64,000 bases of DNA, from contig OZ244720.1 in NCBI GenBank assembly GCA_965219085.1, forward strand, positions 160,001-224,000, given 5' to 3'. Made by a program: the position numbers and the translations under genes. Below the pieces are notes generated by a model. The model did not search any database. It saw only the letters and a list, made by a program, of their open reading frames with translations, and was not told where the DNA came from. The stretch is from Dehalococcoidia bacterium (lineage in GTDB: Bacteria > Chloroflexota > Dehalococcoidia > UBA2979). This document shows, one piece after another, positions 1 through 7,954 of the stretch. Positions within the stretch are counted from its first letter, which is position 1, and the number at the start of each line of letters is the position of its first letter.

Positions 1-405
1 GCGGCTGTGGATGACGACGGGCAGCTCGGCCTCGCGCGCGAGTTCGAGCTGGAAGCGGAACGCCTCGTACTGGATGTCCTGCGGCGACAGGTTGCGATAG
101 AAGTCGAGCCCCATCTCGCCAAGGCCGACGAAGCGCCCGCTGAGCGCCTGATCACGCAGTCGATCGCGCTCCTGCGGCAGGTCCTTCGCGCTGTGCGGGT
201 GGAGGCCGGCGACGGCGTGGATGCGCTCGTCGCGGGCGGCGACGGCGTACGCCTCCTCGCTGCTCTCGGCGCTGCCGCCGACCTCGACGACGGCGACGAG
301 GCCGGAGAGCCAGGCACGCTCCATTACCTCGTCGTAGTCATTGCGGAACGCCCGCGACCACGTGTGCGAGTGCGCGTCGACGATCGGTGCGTCGAGTGGG
401 CTCAT
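1..405 (-). CDS. tatD: TatD family deoxyribonuclease (partial, runs off the left edge)
   Basis: Minus-strand translation from ATG 405: MSPLDAPIVDAHSH...GLHPH...GEMGLDFYRNLSP...FRFQLELAREAELPVVIHSR, containing the TatD DxHxH, GxHP, GExGLD and IHSR motifs. Directly downstream of metG. Confidence 0.92.
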   Translation of the reverse strand, partial: MSPLDAPIVDAHSHTWSRAFRNDYDEVMERAWLSGLVAVVEVGGSAESSEEAYAVAARDERIHAVAGLHPHSAKDLPQERDRLRDQALSGRFVGLGEMGLDFYRNLSPQDIQYEAFRFQLELAREAELPVVIHSR

Positions 406-442
406 GGCGTGGTCCTCCGTACTGGCGACCGATCTGGGGCCT

Positions 443-2110
443 TCACTGGCCCAGCCTCGCCTCCTCCTCCTCGACGAGCGAGTCGTCGAGCTTGCGGAAC
501 AGCGGCGCGGGCTCCGGCAGCGGCGTGCCCGCCGCGATCGGCGTGCGCTGCCAGCCGGCGGCCTGGATATCGCCCTCGCACCCGGCGAGCGCCCACGCGC
601 GCGGCGAGGTGAACGGCAGGAACGGCTGGAACAGCGTGGCCAGCCCCGCGATCGCGTGGATCGCCGTCGACAGCGTCTCCGCCGCCGAGTCGCGATCCTC
701 GCGCACGGCGACCCACGGCGCGCGCTCGTCGAGGTAGCGGTTCGCCTCCTGCGCCACGCTCATCGCCGCCTGCAACCCGGCTCGCAGGCGCAGCGCGTCG
801 ATGTGCCCGCCAACCTCGTCGAAGGCCGCGTCGACGCGCGCGAGCAGCGCGGCCGACTCGGGCGCGAGCGTCGCAGGCGCCTCGGGCATGCGCGCGTCGA
901 AGTGGCGGCGGGTGAGCGTGAGCACGCGGTGGACGAGGTTCCCCCAGCGCGCGACCAGCTCGTCGTTGTTGCGGCGCACGTACTCGGCCCACGTGAAGTC
1001 GGTGTCGGAGGTCTCGGGCATCATCGCGGTCAGCGCGTAGCGCAGCGGGTCCGGGTCGTGGCGGTCGAGGTAGTCCGGCATCCAGATCGCCCAGTTGCGC
1101 GACGACGATGCCTTCGAGCCGGAGATGGTGACGTACTGGTTGGCGGGCACGTCGTAAGGCAGGTTGAGGCCGCCGTAGCCGAGCAGCATGGCCGGCCAGA
1201 TCGTCGTGTGGAACGGGACGTTGTCCTTGCCCTGGAAGTAGACGATGCGCGACGCGGGGTCCTTCCACCACGCCTCCCACTCGTCCGGCTCGCCCGAGAT
1301 CTGCGCCCACTCCTTCGTCGCGGAGAGGTAGCCGATGACCGCCTCGAACCACACGTAGATGCGCTTCTCGTCCCAGCCGTCGAGGGGCACCGGGACGCCC
1401 CACTCGATGTCGCGCGTGATCGCGCGGTCGTGCAGGCCCTCGCGCAGCAGGCCGAGCGTGAAGTTGCGTACGGCCGGTCGCCAGTGCTCCAGCGGATCGA
1501 CCCACGCGAGCAGTTCGTCGTTGAAGGCGGTGAGGCGCAGGAAACAGTGGTTCGTCCGGCGCGGCTGCGGCGTCGAATCGGACAGTCGCGAGCGGGGATC
1601 GATGAGTTCGAGGGCGTCCATCGTGCGGCCGCACTGGTCGCACTGGTCGCCGCGCGCGTCGGTGTAGTCGCAGTACGGGCAGGTGCCCTCGACGTAGCGG
1701 TCGGGCAGGAAGCGTTCGGCCTCGGGGTCGAACAGCATCGTCATCTCGGCTTCGTAGATGTGCCCTTGCTCATGGAGGCGCAGGAACATGTCCTGCGTCA
1801 CCTCCGCGTGGTTCGGGGTGCCGGTCGACGTGAACAGGTCGAAAGAGATGCCGAAGCGCTCGAACGTGTCGAGGAACGACGCGTGGTTGGTCGCGATCAC
1901 TTCCTGGGGCGTGACGCCCTGCTGCTCGGCGCTGATCGTGACGGGCGTGCCATGCACGTCGGAGCCGGAGACCATGAGCATGCGGTCGCCGCGCATGCGG
2001 TGGTAGCGCGAGAAGATGTCGGCCGGCAGGTAGGCGCCGGCGATCTGGCCCGCGTGCAGGGCGCTGTTCGCGTATGGCCAGGCGACGGCGGCGAGGACGG
2101 TTTCGGGCAT
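443..2110 (-). CDS. metG: Methionine--tRNA ligase (no C-terminal appended tRNA-binding domain)
   Basis: AWPYANSALHAGQIAGAYLPAD, GSDVHGTP, zinc knuckles CPYC/CDQC, YVWFEA, GKDNVPFH, KASSS (KMSKS equivalent). Start taken at ATG 2110. Confidence 0.96.
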   Translation of the reverse strand: MPETVLAAVAWPYANSALHAGQIAGAYLPADIFSRYHRMRGDRMLMVSGSDVHGTPVTISAEQQGVTPQEVIATNHASFLDTFERFGISFDLFTSTGTPNHAEVTQDMFLRLHEQGHIYEAEMTMLFDPEAERFLPDRYVEGTCPYCDYTDARGDQCDQCGRTMDALELIDPRSRLSDSTPQPRRTNHCFLRLTAFNDELLAWVDPLEHWRPAVRNFTLGLLREGLHDRAITRDIEWGVPVPLDGWDEKRIYVWFEAVIGYLSATKEWAQISGEPDEWEAWWKDPASRIVYFQGKDNVPFHTTIWPAMLLGYGGLNLPYDVPANQYVTISGSKASSSRNWAIWMPDYLDRHDPDPLRYALTAMMPETSDTDFTWAEYVRRNNDELVARWGNLVHRVLTLTRRHFDARMPEAPATLAPESAALLARVDAAFDEVGGHIDALRLRAGLQAAMSVAQEANRYLDERAPWVAVREDRDSAAETLSTAIHAIAGLATLFQPFLPFTSPRAWALAGCEGDIQAAGWQRTPIAAGTPLPEPAPLFRKLDDSLVEEEEARLGQ

Positions 2111-2165
2111 CGGCGCGATCGTAGCACCTGCGCCCCGCACGGCCACGCACGGCCGGCGCCCCGCC

Positions 2166-2904
2166 ATGCGGTACGCTGCATCCCCGAGGACCTCACCATC
2201 ATCATCCCCGCCTACAACGAGAGGGCTTACCTCGCCTCCACCCTCGACGCCATCGCGGCCGCCGTCGCGCACCTCCGCGCGAGCAGCGGCGTCGAGGTCG
2301 AGACGATCGTCGTCGACAACCACAGCGGGGACGCGACCGCCTCGATCGCCCGCTCGAAGGGCGCGACGGTGAACCGGTGCAGGGCATCGGCCGCGCGCGC
2401 AATGCGGGCGCGCGCGCCGCGCGCGGCGAGGTGCTCGTCTTCATCGACTCCGACGTGATCGTGCCGCGCACGCTCCTCGATGCCATCCACAACGCGATGC
2501 GCGACCCGGCGTGCGTCGGTGGCGCGGTCGATGTCGACTACCGCCCACAACGGCGCTCGATGCGGCTCTACCTGCGCGCGTGGCGGCTGCTCGCACGCGT
2601 CACGGGCATGGCGCAAGGCGCGGCGCAGTTCAGCCGCGAGCGCGCGTTCGAGGACATCAGAGGCTACGACGAGCAGGTGTGGATCGGCGAGGACGTCGAC
2701 TTCTACTGGCGCCTGAAGCGCCTGGCGAAGCGCTCGAACGGCTCGACGCGCTTCATCTGGCAGCCGCGCGTGCGGCCGTCGTCCCGGCGGTTCGACCGCT
2801 GGCCGCTGTGGCGCGTGCTGATCTGGACGAACCCGCTCTTCATCGCGCTGCTGCGGCGCTGGAAACGGGCCTGGAGCGGCTGGTATGCGGACCCGGTGCG
2901 GTAG
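2166..2904 (+). pseudogene. Frameshifted glycosyltransferase family 2
   Basis: LTIIIPAYNE...IVVDNHSGDAT is in one frame; QGIGRARNAGARAARGEVLVFIDSD...GYDE...GEDVDF is in another (2377-2904). Break near 2370, with a probable second shift near 2190. Confidence 0.8.
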
Positions 2905-3030
2905 GCGGGCGAGGGGCCGGTCCTCGCTACGGCGTGGTCCGGCACGGATCGCATCAGAAGTCCTGTCACCAGGCGAGGGGATGGGCGTCACGAGTCCTGC
3001 CGACGCGCAACGCGCAAGGCGCATGTCACC

Positions 3031-3052
3031 GTAATGCAATATGCATTACAAT
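3031..3052 (+). promoter_or_regulatory. -10 element TACAAT overlapped by an 8-bp inverted repeat (putative TA operator)
   Basis: GTAATGCA-ATA-TGCATTAC (3031-3049) overlaps TACAAT (3047-3052), which ends 6 nt before ATG 3059. Confidence 0.65.
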
Positions 3053-3058
3053 CGCAGC

Positions 3059-3334
3059 ATGCCGACGCGGGTGGCGCTCATCATCGAGGCGCGCGGCGAG
3101 CTGTTCCGCTTCTACTACGATCTGGAAGCGCCAGAAGTGCTCCACATCACGCTGCGGCACGGCGCCACGCCCCAGGACGCCATCCGCGCGTTCTTCGAAG
3201 GCGAGGGCGGATCGTGGGATGAGGCCAGGCAGCGATTCGAGACCATGAGCGAGACACACGGCCTCTACTGGACGCGCCACGCGCACGACCGCTCGGTGAT
3301 CGTAATCAGTTGCTTTGAACGGGAGAGGGAATGA
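3059..3334 (+). CDS. Putative BrnT-like toxin
   Basis: About 91 aa with HITLRHG...DAIRAFFE and C-terminal VIVISCF, loosely matching the BrnT pattern. Stop overlaps the antitoxin start. Confidence 0.55.
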   Translation: MPTRVALIIEARGELFRFYYDLEAPEVLHITLRHGATPQDAIRAFFEGEGGSWDEARQRFETMSETHGLYWTRHAHDRSVIVISCFERERE

Positions 3335-3657
3335 TGGCCAATCCACGAAAGCCCCTCGACATGAAGGTCGTCTCCGAGCGCGTCGAGGAGGACGCTCACG
3401 TTTCTGAGCTCGTCTCGCGCCTTGAGGCGGAGGCAGACCGCGAACTCGGAACAGGCAGCGTCAGCCTCCGTTGGGGCAAGGGGCAGATCGCCGTCGTCAA
3501 GCGAGCAGCCGCCATCCTCGGCGTGCCCTACCAGACCTATCTCAAGCAAGTGGTCTTCCGCCAGGCGCTCGCCGACATCGAGCAAGCCACGGCAGTGTTC
3601 GCCTCGGAGCGGCAGGAGCAGGACCCTGGCTGGCGATCCCGGTCGCGCACGAGTTGA
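3331..3657 (+). CDS. CopG/BrnA-like ribbon-helix-helix antitoxin
   Basis: SVSLRW...VVKRAAAILGVPYQTYLKQVV is typical of CopG-type antitoxins. ATGA overlap with the upstream ORF. Confidence 0.75.
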   Translation: MMANPRKPLDMKVVSERVEEDAHVSELVSRLEAEADRELGTGSVSLRWGKGQIAVVKRAAAILGVPYQTYLKQVVFRQALADIEQATAVFASERQEQDPGWRSRSRTS

Positions 3658-3812
3658 CGTGGCGCCTGCGGGCGCCCTGCAACGCCTGGTTCGCGTCTCT
3701 CCACAAGGCGCACCGGCCGCTCGCGCAGTCACACCGAGGAGGGCCGGCAGTTCACCATGACCTGCGGCTGCCCTCCGCCCGGTAGCAGGTACTGTTGATG
3801 CACTACGCAGCG

Positions 3813-3841
3813 TTGACCCTCGATCCCGCTGGTTCTACCAT
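3813..3841 (+). promoter_or_regulatory. Sigma70-type promoter of the IMPDH-family gene
   Basis: TTGACC (3813-3818), 17-nt spacer, TACCAT (3836-3841). Confidence 0.7.
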
Positions 3842-3846
3842 TCACA

Positions 3847-3950
3847 AAAGCAGGGTGACCGTGGCGGGACCCATGCGACAGCCTGGCAACCGATCGTCCC
3901 GGGGTGTATCCCGGGCCAGACCCCTCCCGAGTGGCGGGGTCTTCGTGTAT
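3847..3950 (+). ncRNA. Candidate cis-regulatory leader RNA (riboswitch-like, unclassified)
   Basis: Interrupted hairpin 3851-3885 whose loop CGGGAC is complementary to GTCCCG at 3896-3901; competing hairpin 3898-3915; terminator-like stem AGACCCC/GGGGTCT at 3918-3942. Confidence 0.55.
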
Positions 3951-4044
3951 CCGCACCCCCGGATGCCATCCCCCAGCCGCCGTCTTCGCCGCCTGACGCC
4001 GATGGACCACGTGTGATCACGACGGAAGAGGGGATCCGGAGATG

Positions 4045-5190
4045 ATGGCCGAACGCAAGAGCCTCGAGCGCGCGTGGGGGTTCGACGATGTCGCGATCGT
4101 CCCCGGCGCCGTGACCACGAACCCCGACCTCGTCGAGCCCACCTTCACGCTGGGCGAGCACACCTTCGAGTTCCCGATCCTCGCCTCGGCGATGGACGCG
4201 GTCGTCGACCCATCGTTCGCAGGCGACCTCACGCGGGCCGGCGGCCTCGCCGTCCTCAACCTCGAGGGCCTGCAGACGCGCTACGAGGACACCGCCGCCG
4301 TCCTCGACGAGATCGCCGCGGCCACCCTCGAGCACGCCACCGAGATCATCCAGCACGTCTACTCCCAGCCGATCCGCGACGACCTCGTCGGCCGGCGCGT
4401 CGAGGAGATCCGCGAGCGCGGCGGCATCGCGGCCGTCAGCGCCACTCCGGCGAACACGAAGCGCCTCGCGCCGATCGCCAGGGACGCCGGCGCGAGCTTC
4501 TTCGCCGTGCAGTCCACCGTCACCACCGCGCGCCACGTCTCGCGCTCGCTACGCGGCCTGCAGCTCGACGAACTCGTCGAGCAGATCGCGCCGCTCCCGG
4601 TGCTCGTCGGCAACACGGTCGACACCGGCGCGGCGGTGGAGCTGATGGAGACCGGCGTCCACGCCATCCTCGTCGGAGTGGGGCCGGGTGCGGCGTGCAC
4701 CTCGCGCGAGGTGCTCGGCATCGGCATCCCGCAGGTCAGCGCCACCCTCGACACCGCCTACGCGCGCGACCTGTACTACGAGCGCACGGGCCGCTACGTC
4801 CCGATCATCACGGACGGCGGCATCCGCACGGGCGGCGACCTCTCGAAGTCGATCTGCGCGGGCGCCGACGCGGTCATGATCGGCTCGCCCTTCGCGGCGA
4901 CGAAGGAGGCCCCGGGCCGCGGCTACCACTGGGGCATGGCGACGCCGCACGCGGAGCTGCCGCGCGGCGTGCGCGTCCACGTCGGCCAGCCGCGCACCCT
5001 CGACACACTGCTCTTCGGCCCGACCTCACGCACCGACGGCACCGAGAACCTCGTCGGCGCGCTCCGCACGTCGATGGCGACATGCGGCGCGTCGACGATC
5101 GCCGAGTTCCACGCGGCGCGGATGGTGATCGCCCCGTCGATCAAGACGGAGGGGAAGATCTACCAGATGGCCCAGCGGACGCCCGGGTAG
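4045..5190 (+). CDS. guaB: GuaB3-family IMP dehydrogenase-related protein (no CBS domains)
   Basis: GFDDVAIVP, ILASAMD, VGVGPGAACTSR (catalytic Cys loop), IITDGGIRTGGD, AVMIGS, HWGMA, IAPSIKTEGK. Confidence 0.92.
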   Translation: MAERKSLERAWGFDDVAIVPGAVTTNPDLVEPTFTLGEHTFEFPILASAMDAVVDPSFAGDLTRAGGLAVLNLEGLQTRYEDTAAVLDEIAAATLEHATEIIQHVYSQPIRDDLVGRRVEEIRERGGIAAVSATPANTKRLAPIARDAGASFFAVQSTVTTARHVSRSLRGLQLDELVEQIAPLPVLVGNTVDTGAAVELMETGVHAILVGVGPGAACTSREVLGIGIPQVSATLDTAYARDLYYERTGRYVPIITDGGIRTGGDLSKSICAGADAVMIGSPFAATKEAPGRGYHWGMATPHAELPRGVRVHVGQPRTLDTLLFGPTSRTDGTENLVGALRTSMATCGASTIAEFHAARMVIAPSIKTEGKIYQMAQRTPG

Positions 5191-5204
5191 GCAGGGGCAC
5201 CCTG

Positions 5205-6026
5205 GTGGCGGAAGACCGATGGCTGCCACTGAGCGTCCGGAACGATCCGGAACGTGCGAGGGCGTTTGATGTTCTTCATAAGGGTGTGCCGGACTGGCTG
5301 CGAGGCGAATTCCTTAGGTGGATCGTCGATACCAGTCACCATCCTAGCTGGCGAGACCAGATGGATTCGCGGATCCGGGAGCCGATGCAGCTTGCCCTGC
5401 GTACGGTCATCCCCTCGTACTTCAGTCAGATCTCGGTCGAGTTGTATCTCGATGTGATCGACTACCTCCTCCACCATGCACGCGTCCCTGAGTACCGCAT
5501 TGGGGATCTCGAGCGCGTACTCTCGGACGGGGGCTCGGCGTGGCGCGCGACACCCCGAGGTCTAGAAGGCCGAGTCGACGAGACGCTGCAGGGCATCGCC
5601 GAGTCGGTCTTCGCGACGGACAGCCGCCCGGCGGACTACTTGAGGAGCGCGTGGCACAAGGCGTGGGGCCGAGAGCCCGATCCCACCGGTGCCTACCGTG
5701 AGGCTGTCCGTGCCGTCGAAGCGGCCTTCGCGCCCACTGTCTCGCCGAATAATGGACGGCCGACGCTCGGTACCATCATTGCCGATATCAACAACAAGCC
5801 GTCCAAGTTCTCTGTAAGGCTTCAGGCGGACACGCCCAACGCGAACGTCGAGCGGATCGTCGGCATGCTGCGGATGCTCTGGAAGTCGCAGCTCGACCGC
5901 CATGGGACTGCGGATGAATCTGTCCCGCTCAACGTGACCCTCGACGAGGCGCGGGACGCCCTCGCGCTCGCGACCACGCTCGTGCACCTCGCGCAGCAAG
6001 GCGGTTTCTCGGCGAACGGGAACTGA
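5205..6026 (+). CDS. Hypothetical protein, possibly with an abortive-infection/HEPN-like C-terminal domain
   Basis: GTG start 14 nt after the guaB stop. C-terminus DPTGAYREAVRAVEAA...TLG...QLDRHG...EARDALALATTLV resembles Abi_C/AbiJ-like domains (recognised by eye). Confidence 0.55.
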   Translation: MAEDRWLPLSVRNDPERARAFDVLHKGVPDWLRGEFLRWIVDTSHHPSWRDQMDSRIREPMQLALRTVIPSYFSQISVELYLDVIDYLLHHARVPEYRIGDLERVLSDGGSAWRATPRGLEGRVDETLQGIAESVFATDSRPADYLRSAWHKAWGREPDPTGAYREAVRAVEAAFAPTVSPNNGRPTLGTIIADINNKPSKFSVRLQADTPNANVERIVGMLRMLWKSQLDRHGTADESVPLNVTLDEARDALALATTLVHLAQQGGFSANGN

Positions 6027-6291
6027 GCGCTACCCGAGCAAGCTGACCACGGCCGTCACCAGCGCAGGTGTCGCTCCTAGGCGGGAAGTCCGAGGCGTCA
6101 AAACTGCACACCTGCTATACTTGTTGTGTCAAATACATGACGGATAGCAGGAAGTGTTCCCATTCCGGTAGAGAACCACGCTGACCCCACGCCCGATACG
6201 TGCGACATCTGCATGTATGCGGTCGAGCACCCGGGGACGGATCTTCGCTATGAGCGCGGGCTCGTCAATCTGGCAGGGGATCTCTAATGGG

Positions 6292-6490
6292 GCCCGACCA
6301 GCGGCCAGAGGTTCTCTGGCAGACTGGTTCTGGACCCTGCCAGCCGGTGAGCTCTCAGCTGATCCCTGCGGCTTCTGGACCGCTTCACGAAGACCGAGCC
6401 CCTGCTGGTATTCCGGGTTGTTCTGCAGCACTCATGGGGTGTCGTGCCATCGAGCACTGATCCATTAGGCCGTCGCAGGAACCAACCCGC
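6292..6490 (+). ncRNA. IS110 bridge RNA with target-binding and donor-binding loops
   Basis: TGGGGTGTC (6435-6443) and CCATTAG (6462-6468) match the donor junction. CACGAAGA (6386-6393) and CAGCTGATCCCT (6356-6367) match the target site. Each guide pair flanks a 4-bp hairpin within a closing stem. Ends approximate. Confidence 0.8.
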
Positions 6491-6535
6491 CGGGTCGCAC
6501 CGAGCAGCGCGAAGCGGGAGAGGAACTGAAACACG

Positions 6536-7759
6536 ATGGCCTTGTACCTGGGCGATGACTGGTCCGAAGACCACCACGACGTCCATCTCATGAACGACGC
6601 GGGCGAGCGGCTCGCCGCCCGGCGTCTGCCCGAAGGGGTGGAGGGCATCACTGCCCTGCACGGACTGGTCGCCGGGTACGCCTCAGGGCCGGGTGAGGTG
6701 ATCGTCGGCATCGAGACGGACCGCGGCCCCTGGGTCGCGGCACTGCTCGCGGCCGGCTACCACGTCTACGCCATCAACCCGCGCTCGGCGTCGCGTTACC
6801 GCGACCGCCACCACGTCGGCGGCGCCAAGTCCGACGCCGGCGACGCGAAGCTGCTCGCCGACCTCGTCCGCACCGACCGGCACAACCACCGGGAGGTCGC
6901 CGGCGACAGCGACGAAGCCGCCGCGGTGCGCATCCTCGCCCGCGCCCACCAGCAGTTGATCTGGGACCGCGTCCGCCAGACCAACCGGCTGCGCAACGCG
7001 CTCAGGGAGTACTTTCCGGGTGCGCTGGAGGCCTTCCCCGACCTCGCGCACGACGACGCGGTGGGCGTGCTGGCGACAGCGCCTGGCCCGCGCGAGGCGG
7101 CGCGGCTGAGCATCACCCAGATCCGCTCCGCGCTGCGCCGCGGCGGCCGCCGGCGCAACATCGAGCGGCGCGCCGCCGAGGTCCGCGACGCGCTGCGCTC
7201 ACCGCAGCTCGAGGCTCCGCCCGCGGTGAGCAAGGCATTCGCCGCGAGCACCAGTGCGGCAATGAGGGTGATCGGCGAGATCAACCGTCAGATCAAGGAG
7301 CTCGAGGCCGAGCTCGCGAGCCATTTTGAGCAGCACCCGGACGCCGGTATCTACCGTTCCCTGCCCGGTCTCGGCGTGGTCCTCGGCGCCCGGGTGCTTG
7401 GCGAGTTCGGGGATGACCCCGAACGCTACGAGTCGGCGAAGTCCCGCAGGAACTACGCCGGCACGTCGCCGCTGACGGTAGCATCCGGCCGCAAGCACAC
7501 CGTGAAAGCCCGCTTCGTCCGCAACCGGCGCCTCTACGACGCAGTCGACCAGTGGGCGCTGTGCTCCCTGCAGGCCAGCCCCGGCTGCCGCGAGTTCTAC
7601 GATCGGCGGCGCGCCGCGGGCGACCTCCACCACCAGGCGCTCCGCGCCCTCGGCAACCGTCTCGTCGGCTACCTACATGGCTGCCTGAAGCGCCGCTTGC
7701 CCTACGACGAGACGACCGCCTGGGGACACCGTTACACCCACGAGGACCTCGCTGCTTGA
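6536..7759 (+). CDS. IS110-family recombinase (DEDD RuvC-like plus Tnp domain)
   Basis: GDDWSEDHHD, GIETD, AINP, AKSDAGDA, SLPGLG, YAGTSP-x-ASG, ALRALGNRL. Confidence 0.96.
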   Translation: MALYLGDDWSEDHHDVHLMNDAGERLAARRLPEGVEGITALHGLVAGYASGPGEVIVGIETDRGPWVAALLAAGYHVYAINPRSASRYRDRHHVGGAKSDAGDAKLLADLVRTDRHNHREVAGDSDEAAAVRILARAHQQLIWDRVRQTNRLRNALREYFPGALEAFPDLAHDDAVGVLATAPGPREAARLSITQIRSALRRGGRRRNIERRAAEVRDALRSPQLEAPPAVSKAFAASTSAAMRVIGEINRQIKELEAELASHFEQHPDAGIYRSLPGLGVVLGARVLGEFGDDPERYESAKSRRNYAGTSPLTVASGRKHTVKARFVRNRRLYDAVDQWALCSLQASPGCREFYDRRRAAGDLHHQALRALGNRLVGYLHGCLKRRLPYDETTAWGHRYTHEDLAA

Positions 7760-7954
7760 CCCCTTAGCGTCCTGGGGTGTCTTCGTGGATGGTCTCGCCA
7801 ATGCTGGAGACGAGCCGCTCATGCTCCGCTCGCTGGCAGTCAGCACTGTGGGCGTCGAGCCCGGCCCCGTGCATCGAATGGAGCCGCGGCACTGGTACTG
7901 GGCCATCTGGCATGAACGCGACGTAGTGTTGTCCCTGCGGAAGAGGTACAGACG

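Larger units (their letters stand above)
6284..7782 (+). mobile_element. IS110-family insertion sequence, complete, bounded by the CT core dinucleotide
   Basis: CT at 6284-6285 and 7781-7782, no terminal inverted repeats, about 250-bp non-coding left end, recombinase ORF, short right end with TTGAC. Excision restores an ORF. Confidence 0.9.

Noticed and set aside
341-2458. Long + strand ORF (705 aa) and many similar long Arg/Ala/Gly-rich ORFs across the window
   Set aside because: Antisense or off-frame shadows of real genes caused by high GC. Only the last ~90 codons overlap the GT2 pseudogene.
3845-3920. SAM-I/SAM-IV riboswitch, suggested by GGCAACC...GGUG
   Set aside because: No AUC-AAGAG/GAU P1 core or P4, and the downstream gene is a purine enzyme. 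Kept only as an unclassified leader.
6126-6140. In-frame TGA upstream of the IS-interrupted ORF as a selenocysteine codon (selA is present)
   Set aside because: No recognisable SECIS hairpin or redox motif context; more likely outside the gene or a decay mutation.
6346-6355. GGTGAGCTCT as the left target guide (8/10 match to GGGGATCTCT)
   Set aside because: GCTC pairs with GAGC in the closing stem. By analogy with the donor loop, the guide should abut the inner hairpin, which favours 6356-6367.
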